From the NCBI GenBank assembly GCA_001179505.1, contig CDMY01000113.1:1-64000 (forward strand): a stretch of 64,000 bases of DNA, written 5' to 3'. The DNA is from Vitrella brassicaformis CCMP3155. Lineage: Eukaryota; Protista; Chromerida. Positions 37,201 to 49,319 of the stretch are shown in pieces. Position numbers and translations under genes: made by a program. The first letter of the stretch is position 1; every line of letters begins with the position of its first letter. The notes under the pieces were generated by a model that saw only the letters and a program-made list of their open reading frames with translations, had not been told where the DNA came from and did not search any database.

Positions 37201-37443
37201 TCAGGAGGGGAGGGACGTTGGCACCATGTTGGTCAAATTCGAGGAGGACCTGGAGAGAGAGGTACGTCAGACGCACATCTACCACACACGCAACACCTGA
37301 CACTCTCTGCTGCGCTGTGCGGTGCCGTTTTGCAGATGAGGGAGGCCAAGGATGCCACTGCCAGCAGCAGCACCCGCCAGCAACAGCAACAAGAGAAGGA
37401 GAGCCGCGAGCGTGAGCGTGAGGTTGTTCAGGTTCCTGTGTAG
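34220..37443 (+). CDS. MATRT-family lineage-specific gene(s) with repeated two-exon module and Q/P-rich linkers; contains a gap and internal duplications
   Basis: ATG 34220 after a GA tract; modules at ~34430-34710, ~36520-36790 and ~37165-37260. Segment 34790-35265 is duplicated at 36004-36480. The first module is deleted after TDSR relative to the 1-1019 copy. Confidence 0.55.
35704..36003. other. Assembly gap (300 N)
   Basis: N run. Confidence 1.
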
Positions 37444-40237
37444 GGTATCTGTGTCTCTGTCTCTGTCTTAGGCGACCAATTGCTGCCTTCATTTTATATT
37501 TTGGCGTCGATTTGTTCCATGTCTCCGCGCGGATGCTGAAGGGGTCGACTCTCAATAGCAGGGAGGCCCCCAAAGGTCACTTGTCGAGCGGCTCGGTGGG
37601 CCCCCGAGGCTAGCGAGATAAGGACAAGGCTAGCGAGTTCCTCATGGAATCTGCTCAGGAGATGGTAGGAAGGGTGGGAGGGGGAGGGAGGAAGGTGGAA
37701 AAGAGAAAGGGGGACGTCATATGCATGTCTCTCCGGCTGCATGTTCTCCATATAACTGCCGCGGCTTGGTCTGCTCTGGTCAGGTTAGCATTGGTGTCTC
37801 CTCGAGCGCATCGCAGCCCCAGGCGCACGGCAGCCGTCGTTCTTGCTACAGCGGTATCAACATGGACGCCGTCTTCACCGGTGGGTATGAGTGGACGGAC
37901 TCGCATGCGTGGATGAATACATGACAAGTTCTATCGATGGATCCGTGTGTGCAGACGGCAAGGGCAAGAAGCCGCCCAAGGGTGCGGCCAAACTGATCCT
38001 CAACGCCACCATGGCATGCATACCACGCACACACACACAACACAATACAACACAACACAACACGACACAGCAAATCACCAACCTGCCTGCCTGCCTCCCT
38101 GTTCACCCACCCACTCCCAACTCCTCCACTCGCGTTGTTGGCTGTGTGTGTGTATGTGTGTGTGTGTGTGTGTGTGAGTGCAGCCGGAGGCCATGTGAAA
38201 GGACCAACTACCTGCAGCGCAAGGCAATCGACCGCCAGCAGCGGGAGGAGGAGAAGGCCGCCATCAGGGCTGAGAGGGAGAAGAGGGAGAAGAGGGCACT
38301 TCACCAAGTGACTGAGTGAGCTTGTCATGCACAAAGGCAATGGGCGGACAGATATTATGTCGTGTGCCTGCGTGTGTCAGGTCTGCACATCGCTGCCTCC
38401 GTTTTATATCTGTCAAGACCTATATTTGCATTGCTCGGCACTCTATGACGTCTCACTCCGACTGCCCCCTCTATCTTCTGTCCACTCTGAGGTGAGAGAG
38501 GGAGGGAGGGGGAGGCCTGGATGGATGGATGGATGAACATGGACGTGTTGTGTCGGGTCATCAGAAGCACGTCATAGCGGGAGACGGGTCACCTGACGAG
38601 CTGCGGATAATCGAGCAAGAAAGATAAGCCGCCTCATGAGCACACGACAGGCACTATCGAGACAGTTTCACTTACACTCTGTTGGTTGTGTAATGTGTTC
38701 AGCTCCACCCATGTGGCCAAGCTGCCTCACGTCAGCGGCATCGTATCAGCAGCGCTCAAGCTGTTCGTCCTCCCTGACGACTGCGCCGAACCGCTGCGAG
38801 GACTGCAAGCCATCGTCACAATTGGCAATGGAGTTTCCGGTGAGGAAAGGCCGGGACGAGTGTGGGTCTGTCTGTCATTCCCCTACCTATGTGCGGGTGC
38901 AGGGATTACGTCGAGAGCGGCGGTGCAGGCGATGATGGCTGGCTGGGCGTCCCATTTGTGCGGCCCTATTGCGCTGCGCCACCCCACGTGCAGCCCTCCT
39001 ACACCCCGCGAGGCGGTGTGGTGCGGGGCGTGGGAGGCCTTCCCCATTGCGTTCACCCCCCTCCCCACGTCCCGCCCCCAATCGTGCCGCTCCGTCGCGC
39101 CCATCCCCCGCCCTACGTCCCGCCCCCGTTCGTGCCCCTGCCAGCACCAGCCCTGCACCTGCCCCTCCCACTCCAGCACCCCTTCCCTCCCCCTCCCAGC
39201 AGCACCACCTCGCCGCGCCCTGCCCTCACCTGCAGCCGCACCAACCCGCCACGTCCCTCTTCCCTCACGGGCAGCACCACCACCACCGCACTTCCCCATG
39301 CCGCCCCCCACCATGGTGCCGCCGATGCGGCTCCTGAGGAGGGAGGAGTCACCCGAGCCGAGACGCTGCTGCTGGTGGCGGTGAGGACTGAGTGCGGCCT
39401 TGGGGGTCCCCGCCTCATCAAGTTGATGAGGTTCACGGGAACGATCCGTGCCCCGGGGTAGAGTGGGCGGCAGCCCTTTCATGGTGGCGGCAGCAGTTGG
39501 TGAAGCAGCAGGTAGGGACGGCGAGATGTGGGCAGCCCGACGCAGATGGGTTCTACGACGCCAGGAGTGCCACCAAGTCGTCGGTGGACCGCCTCATCAC
39601 GGAGGTTCACGGGGCGGGTCAGGGGGGCCAAGCAGGACTGTTGGATGCGATTCGTGAGTGGGGCTGTGTTTGTGCGAGTGTGTGTGCAGGTCGCTCGACG
39701 GATTGTTGTCTACATTTTATATTTGGATGTCTCGGGCAAAAAATGACCGTGCTTCGTGTGCAACGAGCAACGGGAGCTGCCATGGTACGAAGATACATGT
39801 AACAGAGACAAGGACGTGACATCAATGGGCATGTCGCATGTGTAATGTGCGAGGCAGCTGCCGACCCCGCCCCAGTGCCGGCCCTTCACGGAGACCCTGC
39901 TGCCCTCAGAAAGGCCCCAGCCACCACCGAGGCCGTCATCAGCCGCACCGCCACCTGCAGCAGCACGACCGTGGCGCCAACCCCCGCCCTCCGCCTGCCA
40001 GTCGGCGTACCCCGTCTGCTCACTGTCGGCTGCCCTGCTGATCGCCCCACATATGGACCACCCCGACGGCAGCAGCGCGAACACAGAGATCTACGGGGAG
40101 GCGAGGGCGTTTTTTGTCGAGAGCAGCGACGGCCAGGCGCTCTACGACAGACACTTTCGTGCGAAGGTGGAGGGGATGACGGACGCGGTCACACATACAC
40201 ATATACACATACACACACACACAGAAGTACGCAGAGA

Positions 40238-40537
40238 NNNNNNNNNNNNNNNNNNNNNNNNNNNNNNNNNNNNNNNNNNNNNNNNNNNNNNNNNNNNNNN
40301 NNNNNNNNNNNNNNNNNNNNNNNNNNNNNNNNNNNNNNNNNNNNNNNNNNNNNNNNNNNNNNNNNNNNNNNNNNNNNNNNNNNNNNNNNNNNNNNNNNNN
40401 NNNNNNNNNNNNNNNNNNNNNNNNNNNNNNNNNNNNNNNNNNNNNNNNNNNNNNNNNNNNNNNNNNNNNNNNNNNNNNNNNNNNNNNNNNNNNNNNNNNN
40501 NNNNNNNNNNNNNNNNNNNNNNNNNNNNNNNNNNNNN
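40238..40537. other. Assembly gap (300 N)
   Basis: N run between duplicated blocks. Confidence 1.
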
Positions 40538-42371
40538 TCACGGGCAGCACCACCACCACCGCACTTCCCCATGCCGCCCCCCACCATGGTGCCGCCGATG
40601 CGGCTCCTGAGGAGGGAGGAGTCACCCGAGCCGAGACGCTGCTGCTGGTGGCGGTGAGGACTGAGTGCGGCCTTGGGGGTCCCCGCCTCATCAAGTTGAT
40701 GAGGTTCACGGGAACGATCCGTGCCCCGGGGTAGAGTGGGCGGCAGCCCTTTCATGGTGGCGGCAGCAGTTGGTGAAGCAGCAGGTAGGGACGGCGAGAT
40801 GTGGGCAGCCCGACGCAGATGGGTTCTACGACGCCAGATGTGCCACCAAGTCGTCGGTGGACCGCCTCATCAAGGAGGTTCACGGGGCGGGTCAGGGGGG
40901 CCAAGCAGGACTGTTGGATGCGATTCGTGAGTGGGGCTGTGTTTGTGCGAGTGTCTGTGCAGGTTGCTCGACGGATCGTTGTCTACATTTTATATTTGGA
41001 TGTCTCGGGCAAAAGATAACCGTGTTTCGTGTGCAACGAGCAACGGGAGCTGCCATGGTACGAAGATACATGTAATAGAGACAAGCACGTGACATCAATG
41101 GGCATGTCGCATGTGTAATGTGCGAGGCAGCTGCCGACCCCGCCCCAGTGCCGGCCCTTCACGCCGACCCTGCTGCCCCCAGAAAAGTCGCAGCCATCAT
41201 CGAGGCCGTCATCAGCCGCACCGCCACCTACAGCAGCACGACCGTGGCGCCAACCCCCGCCCTCCGCCTGCCAGTCGGCGTACCCCGTCTGCTCACTGTC
41301 GGCTGCCCTGCTGATCGCCCCACATATGGACCACCCCGACGGCAGCAGCGCCAACACAGAGATCTACGGGGAGGCGAGGGCGTTTTTTGTCGAGAGCAGC
41401 GACGGCCAGGCGCTCTACGACAGACACTTTGCTGCGAAAGGTGGAGGGGGAGACAAACGCGGTCACACATGCACATACACACACACACACAGAAGTACGC
41501 AGAGACGCACAGTGTGTGTGTGTGTCTGTGTGAGAATAGGCCGGGTCAATTCGTCAGTGGCGCGTTGAAGTGGGACAAGCCCCATAAGCACCTCAATTGC
41601 ACGGTGAGCCAGGTCATTGACCTGCGTGCACAATATGACTTGGAGGAAGATGGTGTGTTGTGCTCTCTGTGTGGCTGATTCAGGCCGAAAGCAACTCACC
41701 GAGACCCGAGAGCGTCTGCAGTTGGCGCAGCGCTCGACCGAAGAGGTGCGCGAGGCGAGAGAAAAAGGAGAGACCAGCACACATGCCCGTCTTGTGTGTG
41801 GGCAGCGTGAGAAGGACCAGGACCCCGGTACGGTGTGTATGTGTTTGTTGCTGGTGCGCAGATCGCTGGCTACATTTTATATCTGATCGACTGATAACGA
41901 CCCTCCACCGCACTGCCTTCCCAGCCGTGTGCGCACCGAATGTGAGCTGGCAAAGCAGACTGATCGACCTGCACGCGTCTCGTGTCTGTGTGTGCAGAGC
42001 GATCGCCGTTTACACCTTACATCGGTGGGCCTCTCCTTCAAGATTGGCTGTTGTAAATCGCTTTGATATCCCCGGCGGCGCCGCAGGTACGTAGGTGAAA
42101 GAGGCTCATAGACCGATTTGCTCATGTCTCCCCTCTTCTCCTCTCTTCTCTTTTTTTCCTTCGCATACTTGGCCGCCCCGGCGGCCACCGCGAGACATAT
42201 CTTGGCCAAGCTGCAGGACGACGTGGGCTCATGGAGCAAGGGAAGACCCCGACGAGCCAACGAGGTATGTCTGATGCACACGTCCATTTGTATACACACC
42301 ACGACCTTGTTTTTATATGTATGGTGTCCAGCTGGTGACGCAGAAGAGGAGCCACCATGCCCGTGGTTTCA

Positions 42372-42670
42372 GAGGATCGCCACCGTAAGTATTGGGATGT
42401 GTTCGGGTTGAATCCCGGTAGCAGTTTCGATGAGATCAAGAAACAGTACAAACGACTCGCGCTGGTAAGAAGCGACGCCGCTAGCACGAGAGAAGGGGTG
42501 CAGCGTATCTATCGTGCGGCATGCGGGGCTTTGTGTGTGTGTGCAGGAGGTCCACCAAAACAAGCCTGGCGGGTCCAAGGAGCAGTTCTAGGAGCTGTCC
42601 GAGGCCTACGAGTTTTTCAAGGCTGAGTTTGACAACTGGAACTGGACAGACGAAGCCGCCAAGGTGGGCA
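42372..42670 (+). pseudogene. J-domain (DnaJ)-like pseudogene 3
   Basis: KYWDVFGLNPGSSFDEIKKQYKRLAL | intron | EVHQNKPGGSKEQF*ELSEAYEFF. HPD is replaced by HQN and there is an in-frame TAG. Confidence 0.8.
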
Positions 42671-42877
42671 GCGCAGAGGGCATACACGTGGCTGGCCGCC
42701 GCAATGAGTGAATGGATACCTCCTCCGCGTGTGTGTGTATGTTTGGTGCGTCAGAGGAAGGCGGAGGACCTTTTGGCCAAGGTAGGTCGGGGAGGAAGGA
42801 AGGCACCCGTGTGCGTGTCTCGTGTCTGTGTGTGCACCAGATAGATCCCAAGCTCTCAGAGAGAGAGAGAGGAAAAG

Positions 42878-43660
42878 ATGGCCGCCACCCGCACGCCGCA
42901 TGCCGCTGCAATGAGGCAGAGCCTCACGAGCAGAGGCCTCGACGTCCCCGACGTCTACACCGACTCCAGGGAGGCCCACGTGCTGAAGTTCCTGCGCCTG
43001 TCGCGCGAGCACCCTGCGGTGAGCAAGGGAGGGAAGGCACACCGGGACACTGGCAGGCAAGACCATTAACAGTAGTTTGCCTGCTCACTTGCTGCAGGAG
43101 TGCAAGGCCTTCCTGGAGTCGGTCCGGGGGACGTGGGAGGGCCGGGACATGAAGCTGATGATGCTCAAGTACGATGCCGACGCCGACCAGGTACGTACGT
43201 ACATCGCACACACATCCATCTGCACACAAGACACAACCAACTGATGCTCTCTGCTCTGCTGTGCTGTGCTGTGCTGTGCTCTCTGGGCAATTCGCCGTTC
43301 TGCAGAAGGAGGCTGCCAAGACCTCCACCGACCACCACAGCCAGCACCAGCAGCAGCCTGCCGGCACCACCAGGAAGGTGCTCGTCAGGGCTGGGGAGTG
43401 GGGTGAGGGCGCCGATGGCTATTATGCCAGCGCCCTCACCCAGTGGGACCTGGCCCACTGGCAACGGAGGGGGGCGTGTTGGGTGGTGACCTGGACGGTG
43501 CCCGAGGAGGGGTGCTGCTGCGTCGAGGCGGGGAGGGGCCGGAGGGTATCATTCTCCACGTCCTATACACAGAAGGAACAGAAATCAGTCAGGTGGATTT
43601 CCTGTTCGTGTGTGTGCTTTCGGGTGGTGTGCAGATCGCTGGCTACATTTTATATTTTGA
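42878..43660 (+). CDS. MATRT-family paralog (MAATRTPHAAAMRQSLTSRGLDVPDVYTDS...)
   Basis: Same exon set: LDVPDVYTDSREAHVLKFLRLSREHPA | ECKAFLESVRGTWEGRDMKLMMLKYDADADQ | KEAAK...ADGYYASALTQWDLAHW. Confidence 0.55.
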
Positions 43661-43789
43661 TCGACCGATGACGCCTTCGGACCGCACCGCTGTCTGGCCG
43701 TTTGCACGTCGACTGTGAGCTGTCAACATACACTATATAGTGATCAACTCCCGTGTGCGTGTCTCGTGTCTGTGTGTGCAGACAGATCG

Positions 43790-44710
43790 CCCCCTGAGTG
43801 TGGACTACTACGAGAACCTTAACAACCTCGACATGCCCACGTGGATCAACCGCCACGCCGAAAACTCATCCGCCCTCTTCCTCGCGCAGGTGAGGGAGGG
43901 ACTCGGGGAGAGCAGGAAGACACCATCACACGCATGATCTATTGGGCACCACACGCGTACACACGCGTATGTGTGCATGTGTCTTGCCGTTGTCTGTCCA
44001 CCTGCAGGTGCGCGGCAACGGGGTCGCGGGGCGGCTGCAGACCCTGACGGCCATGGGTGGGCGTGATATTCCAGGAGCGTGTGGGGCTGCTCGCCGACGT
44101 CCAGACCTTCCCCCACTGGGTGCCCGCTGTGCCGTTGCAGCGAGGCTACTGGGCCGATGTCGACTCGATTCGCAGCCGCAGCACCCACCGCCTCATCAAC
44201 AGCCACGAGTTGGCTGCCCGCATCGACCACTATCTCTCGGTAAGGACAGCAGAGACACTCAACGCGCGCACACGTCCATGTGTTCATGTTTCCCCGATCT
44301 GTCTTGGTGGTGTCCGTGACTGATTCGTTCAGGGTGCCATAGTGATCTTCGAGACGGCGTCGCGGGAGGCCAACCAGGCGATGGAGGCCGCCAAGCGTCC
44401 GGCGCACCAGCTGAACCGCCCCGAAAACGCCATGGCTGTGGACGATGACGACCACCCTCACGCCCCCAACCTCGCACCCACCGACAGCGACGAGCGGCGC
44501 CAGAAGCGCTCGACTCACTGGTACATACACACACATACAGATACAGGTACACAGGAGGGAGGGGAGGACTGGATGGATGGATGGATGCACATAGCTATGT
44601 GGAATGCCTACACCTGCCTGTCTGTCTGCTGCATTGCACTGTTGCAGTGCCGCTACGCCCACGGCGTGGGGGACCTGTCAAAGAACAAGGACAAGAACAA
44701 AGGTAGGTGT
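43790..44710 (+). CDS. 5'-truncated paralog of gene X fused in frame behind a truncated motif exon
   Basis: TDR|PLSVDYYENLNNLDMPTWINRHAENSSALFLAQ | VRGNGVAGRLQTLTAMGGR...IDHYLS | GAIVIFETASREANQAMEAAKRP. Confidence 0.5.
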
Positions 44711-45371
44711 GCTTTGACAGGTGACTGAGTGAGCTTGTCATGCACAAAGGCAATGGGCGGACAGATATTGTGTCGTGTGCCTGCATGTGTCAGGTCTCGC
44801 ACATCGCTGCCTCCGTTTTATATCTGTCAAGACCTATATTTGCATTGCTCGGCACTCTATGACGTCTCACTCCGACTGCCCCCTCTATCTTCTGTCCACT
44901 CTGAGGTGAGAGAGGGAGGGAGGGGGAGGCCTGGATGGATGGATGGATGAACATGGACGTGTTGTGTCGGGTCATCAGAAGCACGTCATAGCGGGAGACG
45001 GGTCACCTGACGAGCTGCGGATAACCGAGCAAGAAAGATAAGCCGCCACATGAGCACACGACAGGCACTATCGAGACAGTTTCACTTACACTCTGTACGG
45101 ATTGTGTAATGTGTTCAGCTCCTCCCACCGCATGGCGTCAGCCGCATCGCTCATCCCCCGCCCCACGTGCCGCCCCCTTCGTGCCCCTTCGTCGCGTTCA
45201 TCCCCCGCCCTACGTCCCGCCCCCGTCCGTGCCCCTGGCAGCACCAGCCCTGCACCTGCCCCTCCCACTCCAGCACCCCTTCCCTCCCCCTCCCGTGCCA
45301 GCAGCACCACCCCGCCACGCCCTGCCCTCACCTGCAGCCGCACCAACCCGCCACGTCCCTCTTCCCTCACG

Positions 45372-45671
45372 NNNNNNNNNNNNNNNNNNNNNNNNNNNNN
45401 NNNNNNNNNNNNNNNNNNNNNNNNNNNNNNNNNNNNNNNNNNNNNNNNNNNNNNNNNNNNNNNNNNNNNNNNNNNNNNNNNNNNNNNNNNNNNNNNNNNN
45501 NNNNNNNNNNNNNNNNNNNNNNNNNNNNNNNNNNNNNNNNNNNNNNNNNNNNNNNNNNNNNNNNNNNNNNNNNNNNNNNNNNNNNNNNNNNNNNNNNNNN
45601 NNNNNNNNNNNNNNNNNNNNNNNNNNNNNNNNNNNNNNNNNNNNNNNNNNNNNNNNNNNNNNNNNNNNNNN
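45372..45671. other. Assembly gap (300 N)
   Basis: N run. Its flanks correspond to 39269 and 39978 of the paralogous block, so the real missing sequence is probably ~700 bp. Confidence 1.
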
Positions 45672-46941
45672 GCCAACCCCCGCCCTCCGCCTGCCAGTCG
45701 GCGTACCCCGTCTGCTCACTGTCGGCTGCCCTGCTGATCGCCCCACATATGGACCACCCCGACGGCAGCAGCGCCAACACAGAGATCTACGGGGAGGCGA
45801 GGGCGTTTTTTGTCGAGAGCAGCGACGGCCAGGCGCTCTACGACAGACACTTTGCTGCGAAAGGTGGAGGGGGAGACAAACGCGGTCACACATGCACATA
45901 CACACACACACACAGAAGTACGCAGAGACGCACAGTGTGTGTGTGTGTCTGTGTGAGAATAGGCCGGGTCAATTCGTCAGTGGCGCGTTGAAGTGGGACA
46001 AGCCCCATAAGCACCCCAATTGCACGGTGAGCCAAGTGATCGAACTCATTGACCTGCGTGTATTGCCTGTCCTATCTTCCACAATATGACTTGGAGGAAG
46101 ATGGTGTGTTGTGCTCTCTGTGTGGCTGATTCAGGCCGAAAGCAACTTCACCGAGAGTCTGCAGTTGGCGCAGCGCTCGACTGAAGAGGTGCGCGAGGCG
46201 AGAGAAAAAGGAGAGAGACCAGCACACATGGACATGTATCCCTATGCCCGTCTTGTGTGTGGGCAGCGTGAGAAGGACCAGGACCCCGGTACGGTGTGTA
46301 TGTGTTTGTTGCTGGTGCGCAGATCGCTGGCTACATTTTATATCTGATCGACTGATAACGACCCTCCACCGCACTGCCTTCCCAGCCGTGTGCGCATCGA
46401 ATGTGAGCTGTCAAAGCAGACTGATCGACCTGCACGTGTCTCGTGTATGTGTGTGAAGAGCGATCGCCGTTTACACCTTACATCGGTGGGCCTCTGCTGC
46501 TTACTTCCTTCAAGGTTGGCTGTTGTAAATCGCTTTGATATCCCCGGCGGCGCCGCAGGTACGTAGGTGAAAGAGGCTCTCAGACAGATTTGTTCATGTC
46601 TCCCCTCTAATCTTCTCTTCTCTTTTTTTCCTTCGCATACTTGGCCGCTCCGGCGGCCACCGAGAGCATATTTTGGCCTAGCTGCAGGACGACGTGGGCT
46701 CATGGAACAAGGGAAGACCCCCACGACCAAACCAGGTGTGTTGTATACACACCACGATCTTGTTTTGGTGAGACTGAGAAGGGCATTGTATATGTATGGT
46801 GCGTCAGAGGAAGGCGGAGGACCTTTTGGCCGAGGTAGGTCGGGGAGGAAGGAAGGCACCCGTGTGCGTGTCTCGTGTCTGTGTGTGCACCAGATAGATC
46901 CCAAGCTCTCAGAGAGAGAGAGGAGAGAGAGAGGAAAAAAG

Positions 46942-47735
46942 ATAGCCCGCCGCACGGACGCCAGCCGCCGCAATGAGGCAGAGCCTCACGAGCAGAGGCC
47001 TCGACGTCCCCGATGTCTATACCGACTCCAGGGAGGCCTTCGGTCTGAAGTATCTGCGCCTCAAGCGCGAGCACCCTGCGGTAAGCAAGGGACGGGAGGC
47101 ACACCGGCACACTGGCAGGCAAGACCATTAACAGTAGTTTGCCTGCTCACTTGCTGCAGGAGTGCAAGGCCTTCCTGGAGTCGGTCCGGGGGACGTGGGA
47201 GGGCCGGGACATGAAGCTGATGATGCTCAAGTACGATGCCGACGCCGACCAGGTACGTACGTACATCGCACACACATCCATCTGCACACAAGACACAACC
47301 AACTGATGCTCTCTGCTCTGCTGTGCTGTGCTGTGCTGTGCTCTCTGGGCAATTCGCCGTTCTGCAGAAGGAGGCTGCCAAGACCTCCACCGACCACCAC
47401 AGCCAGCACCAGCAGCAGCCTGCCGGCACCACCAGGAAGGTGCTCGTCAGGGCTGGGGAGTGGGGTGAGGGCGCCGATGGCTATTATGCCAGCGCCCTCA
47501 CCCAGTGGGACCTGGCCCACTGGCAGCGGAGGGGGGCGTGTTGGGTGGTGACCTGGACGGTGCCCGAGGAGGGGTGCTGCTGCGTCGAGGCGGGGAGGGG
47601 CCGGAGGGTATCATTCTCCACGGCGGTATGAAAGGTCCTATACACAGAAGGAACAGAAATCAGTCAAGTGCATTTCCTGTTCGTGTCTGTGCTTTCGGGT
47701 GGTGTGCAGATCGCTGGCTACATTCTATATCTTGA
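46942..47735 (+). pseudogene. MATRT-family paralog with the first ATG changed to ATA
   Basis: GATAGCCCGCCGCACGGACGCCAGCCGCCGCAATGAGGCAG compared with GATGGCCGCCACC at 42877; the rest is near-identical to 42900-43780. Confidence 0.5.
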
Positions 47736-49319
47736 TCGACCGATGACGCCTTCGGACCGCACCGCTGTCTGGCCGTTTGCACGTCGACTGTGAGCTGTCG
47801 ACATACACTATATAGTGATCAACTCCAGTGTGCGTGTCTCGTGTCTGTGTGTGCAGATAGATCGCCGTCTCTCGTCTTATATTTGTGGACTTATACGGCT
47901 GCGATGCCCCTACTCCATCCAAGTCTGCGCCCGGCGGCCCGGTAGGTACGTCAGTGAGGGAGAAAGGAGGACGATAAAAGCACTTCATCATCGTGTCCCT
48001 TCTTGTCTGTTGATGCATCTTTGGCGGCTTCGGCCGCCACCGAGAGACGCATGGTGGCCAAGCAATGATGGTGGGGCCGTCGTGGACAACATCTACGACA
48101 ACACTGACTTCGCCAACGAGCCAGACGGCAGTTTCGTGTCCTCTGTGTGCTTCGCTTTCCTCCTGGGGAGTTCTCCGTCGTCTGGCTGCTGGGAGAGACG
48201 GCCGACGAGGAATGGCGACACAAGGGGGGCGGCGTCAAGGCGCGCCATATGTCTGGCATCCCCATGGCCGACGGCAGGCGAATCAAGAAGACCATGGATC
48301 TCCTCAACCACACGGCAACCTCCATCGACGGACAAGAAGAAAAATGTTCCTTAATTGGGATGACCGTCTCCGTTTTTCGACAGACTTCTCAACAAAGTGT
48401 AAGTGCTTACGATAAGTGTAGTCTTCCAGAAATGCACTCTTTTCTTTGCAGAAAGTGCTGAGTGCGTTGAAGAAGGAAGAAGAAGTAACTAAAAGGAACG
48501 CCAACACCGAGGTGAGGCGCCACACAAATGGCCATGTCCCCCTGTGCTGCCCTGTTGGTGTGCTCCCTTTCTGCAGCAGGCCTGCTTAGAGTCGTTTGCC
48601 GGCCGACCACCATCGACTGGGAAGTGCCCAAATACCTGACAGCACACACGGCGTCTTATGTGATTTGTCATGTAGGGTGTGGTCGAGTGCGAGTCTCGAC
48701 TACGGGTATGTCTTTACGACATATCGGGAAGAGGTAGAAATTGTCGCTGCATATGGTCCGTATGTCAGATTTCTCCGTCACTCTCATTTCTTTGCTGTCT
48801 ATGTTGAAGGCGGCCGAAGGGCTCAGGCTGAGACGCATCAAAGACCTGCTACAAGAGAGCACAGCAAGGTAAGTAGGCGGGTGTACACATGAGGCCATTT
48901 GTTTGTTGACTTTCCTTTGCAGGTTGTCTAAGGCCGCCTTGGGCGGCAGGGCCGGCACCGCCTCGGGCAAGAAGAAAAGGAAACAAGACCTGCAACTTCT
49001 GTGAGCGACGCCACTGAGACACGATGCCATGTGCATTTCCGCATGATCCTCCCTTCGTGTCTTTGTGTGTGTCCATGATTTTATATCATTCAGACGAGTA
49101 CGACCTGACCAGCAGCAAGTGCGAAGCGAGTTCAAGCGCCTCAACAGCGTCCAGAAAGGTGCCTTGGCCTCTTGTAGCATATCAAGAGGCACACACAGTA
49201 AGCTGTGACGTGACAGGCACCCGTCAGTGCAGAAGTAGTTTTTGGCGCCTTCCAGCCGTCGTCATGGCCTCCCCCAACAGCCATGCTGCGTCATCAGCAG
49301 CAGCAGCAGCGTCACGCCC

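Larger units (their letters stand above)
38305..47860 (+). repeat. Tandem segmental duplication: 38305-38700 ~ 44720-45110; 39265-40237 ~ 40538-41503; 41245-42130 ~ 45672-46600; 42760-43790 ~ 46800-47860
   Basis: Long near-identical blocks read by eye, with scattered substitutions and indels between copies. Confidence 0.85.

Noticed and set aside
49076-49090. GATTTTATATC as another motif copy
   Set aside because: Only the AT core matches; it lacks the GATCG..CT half and lies upstream of, not after, the acceptor.
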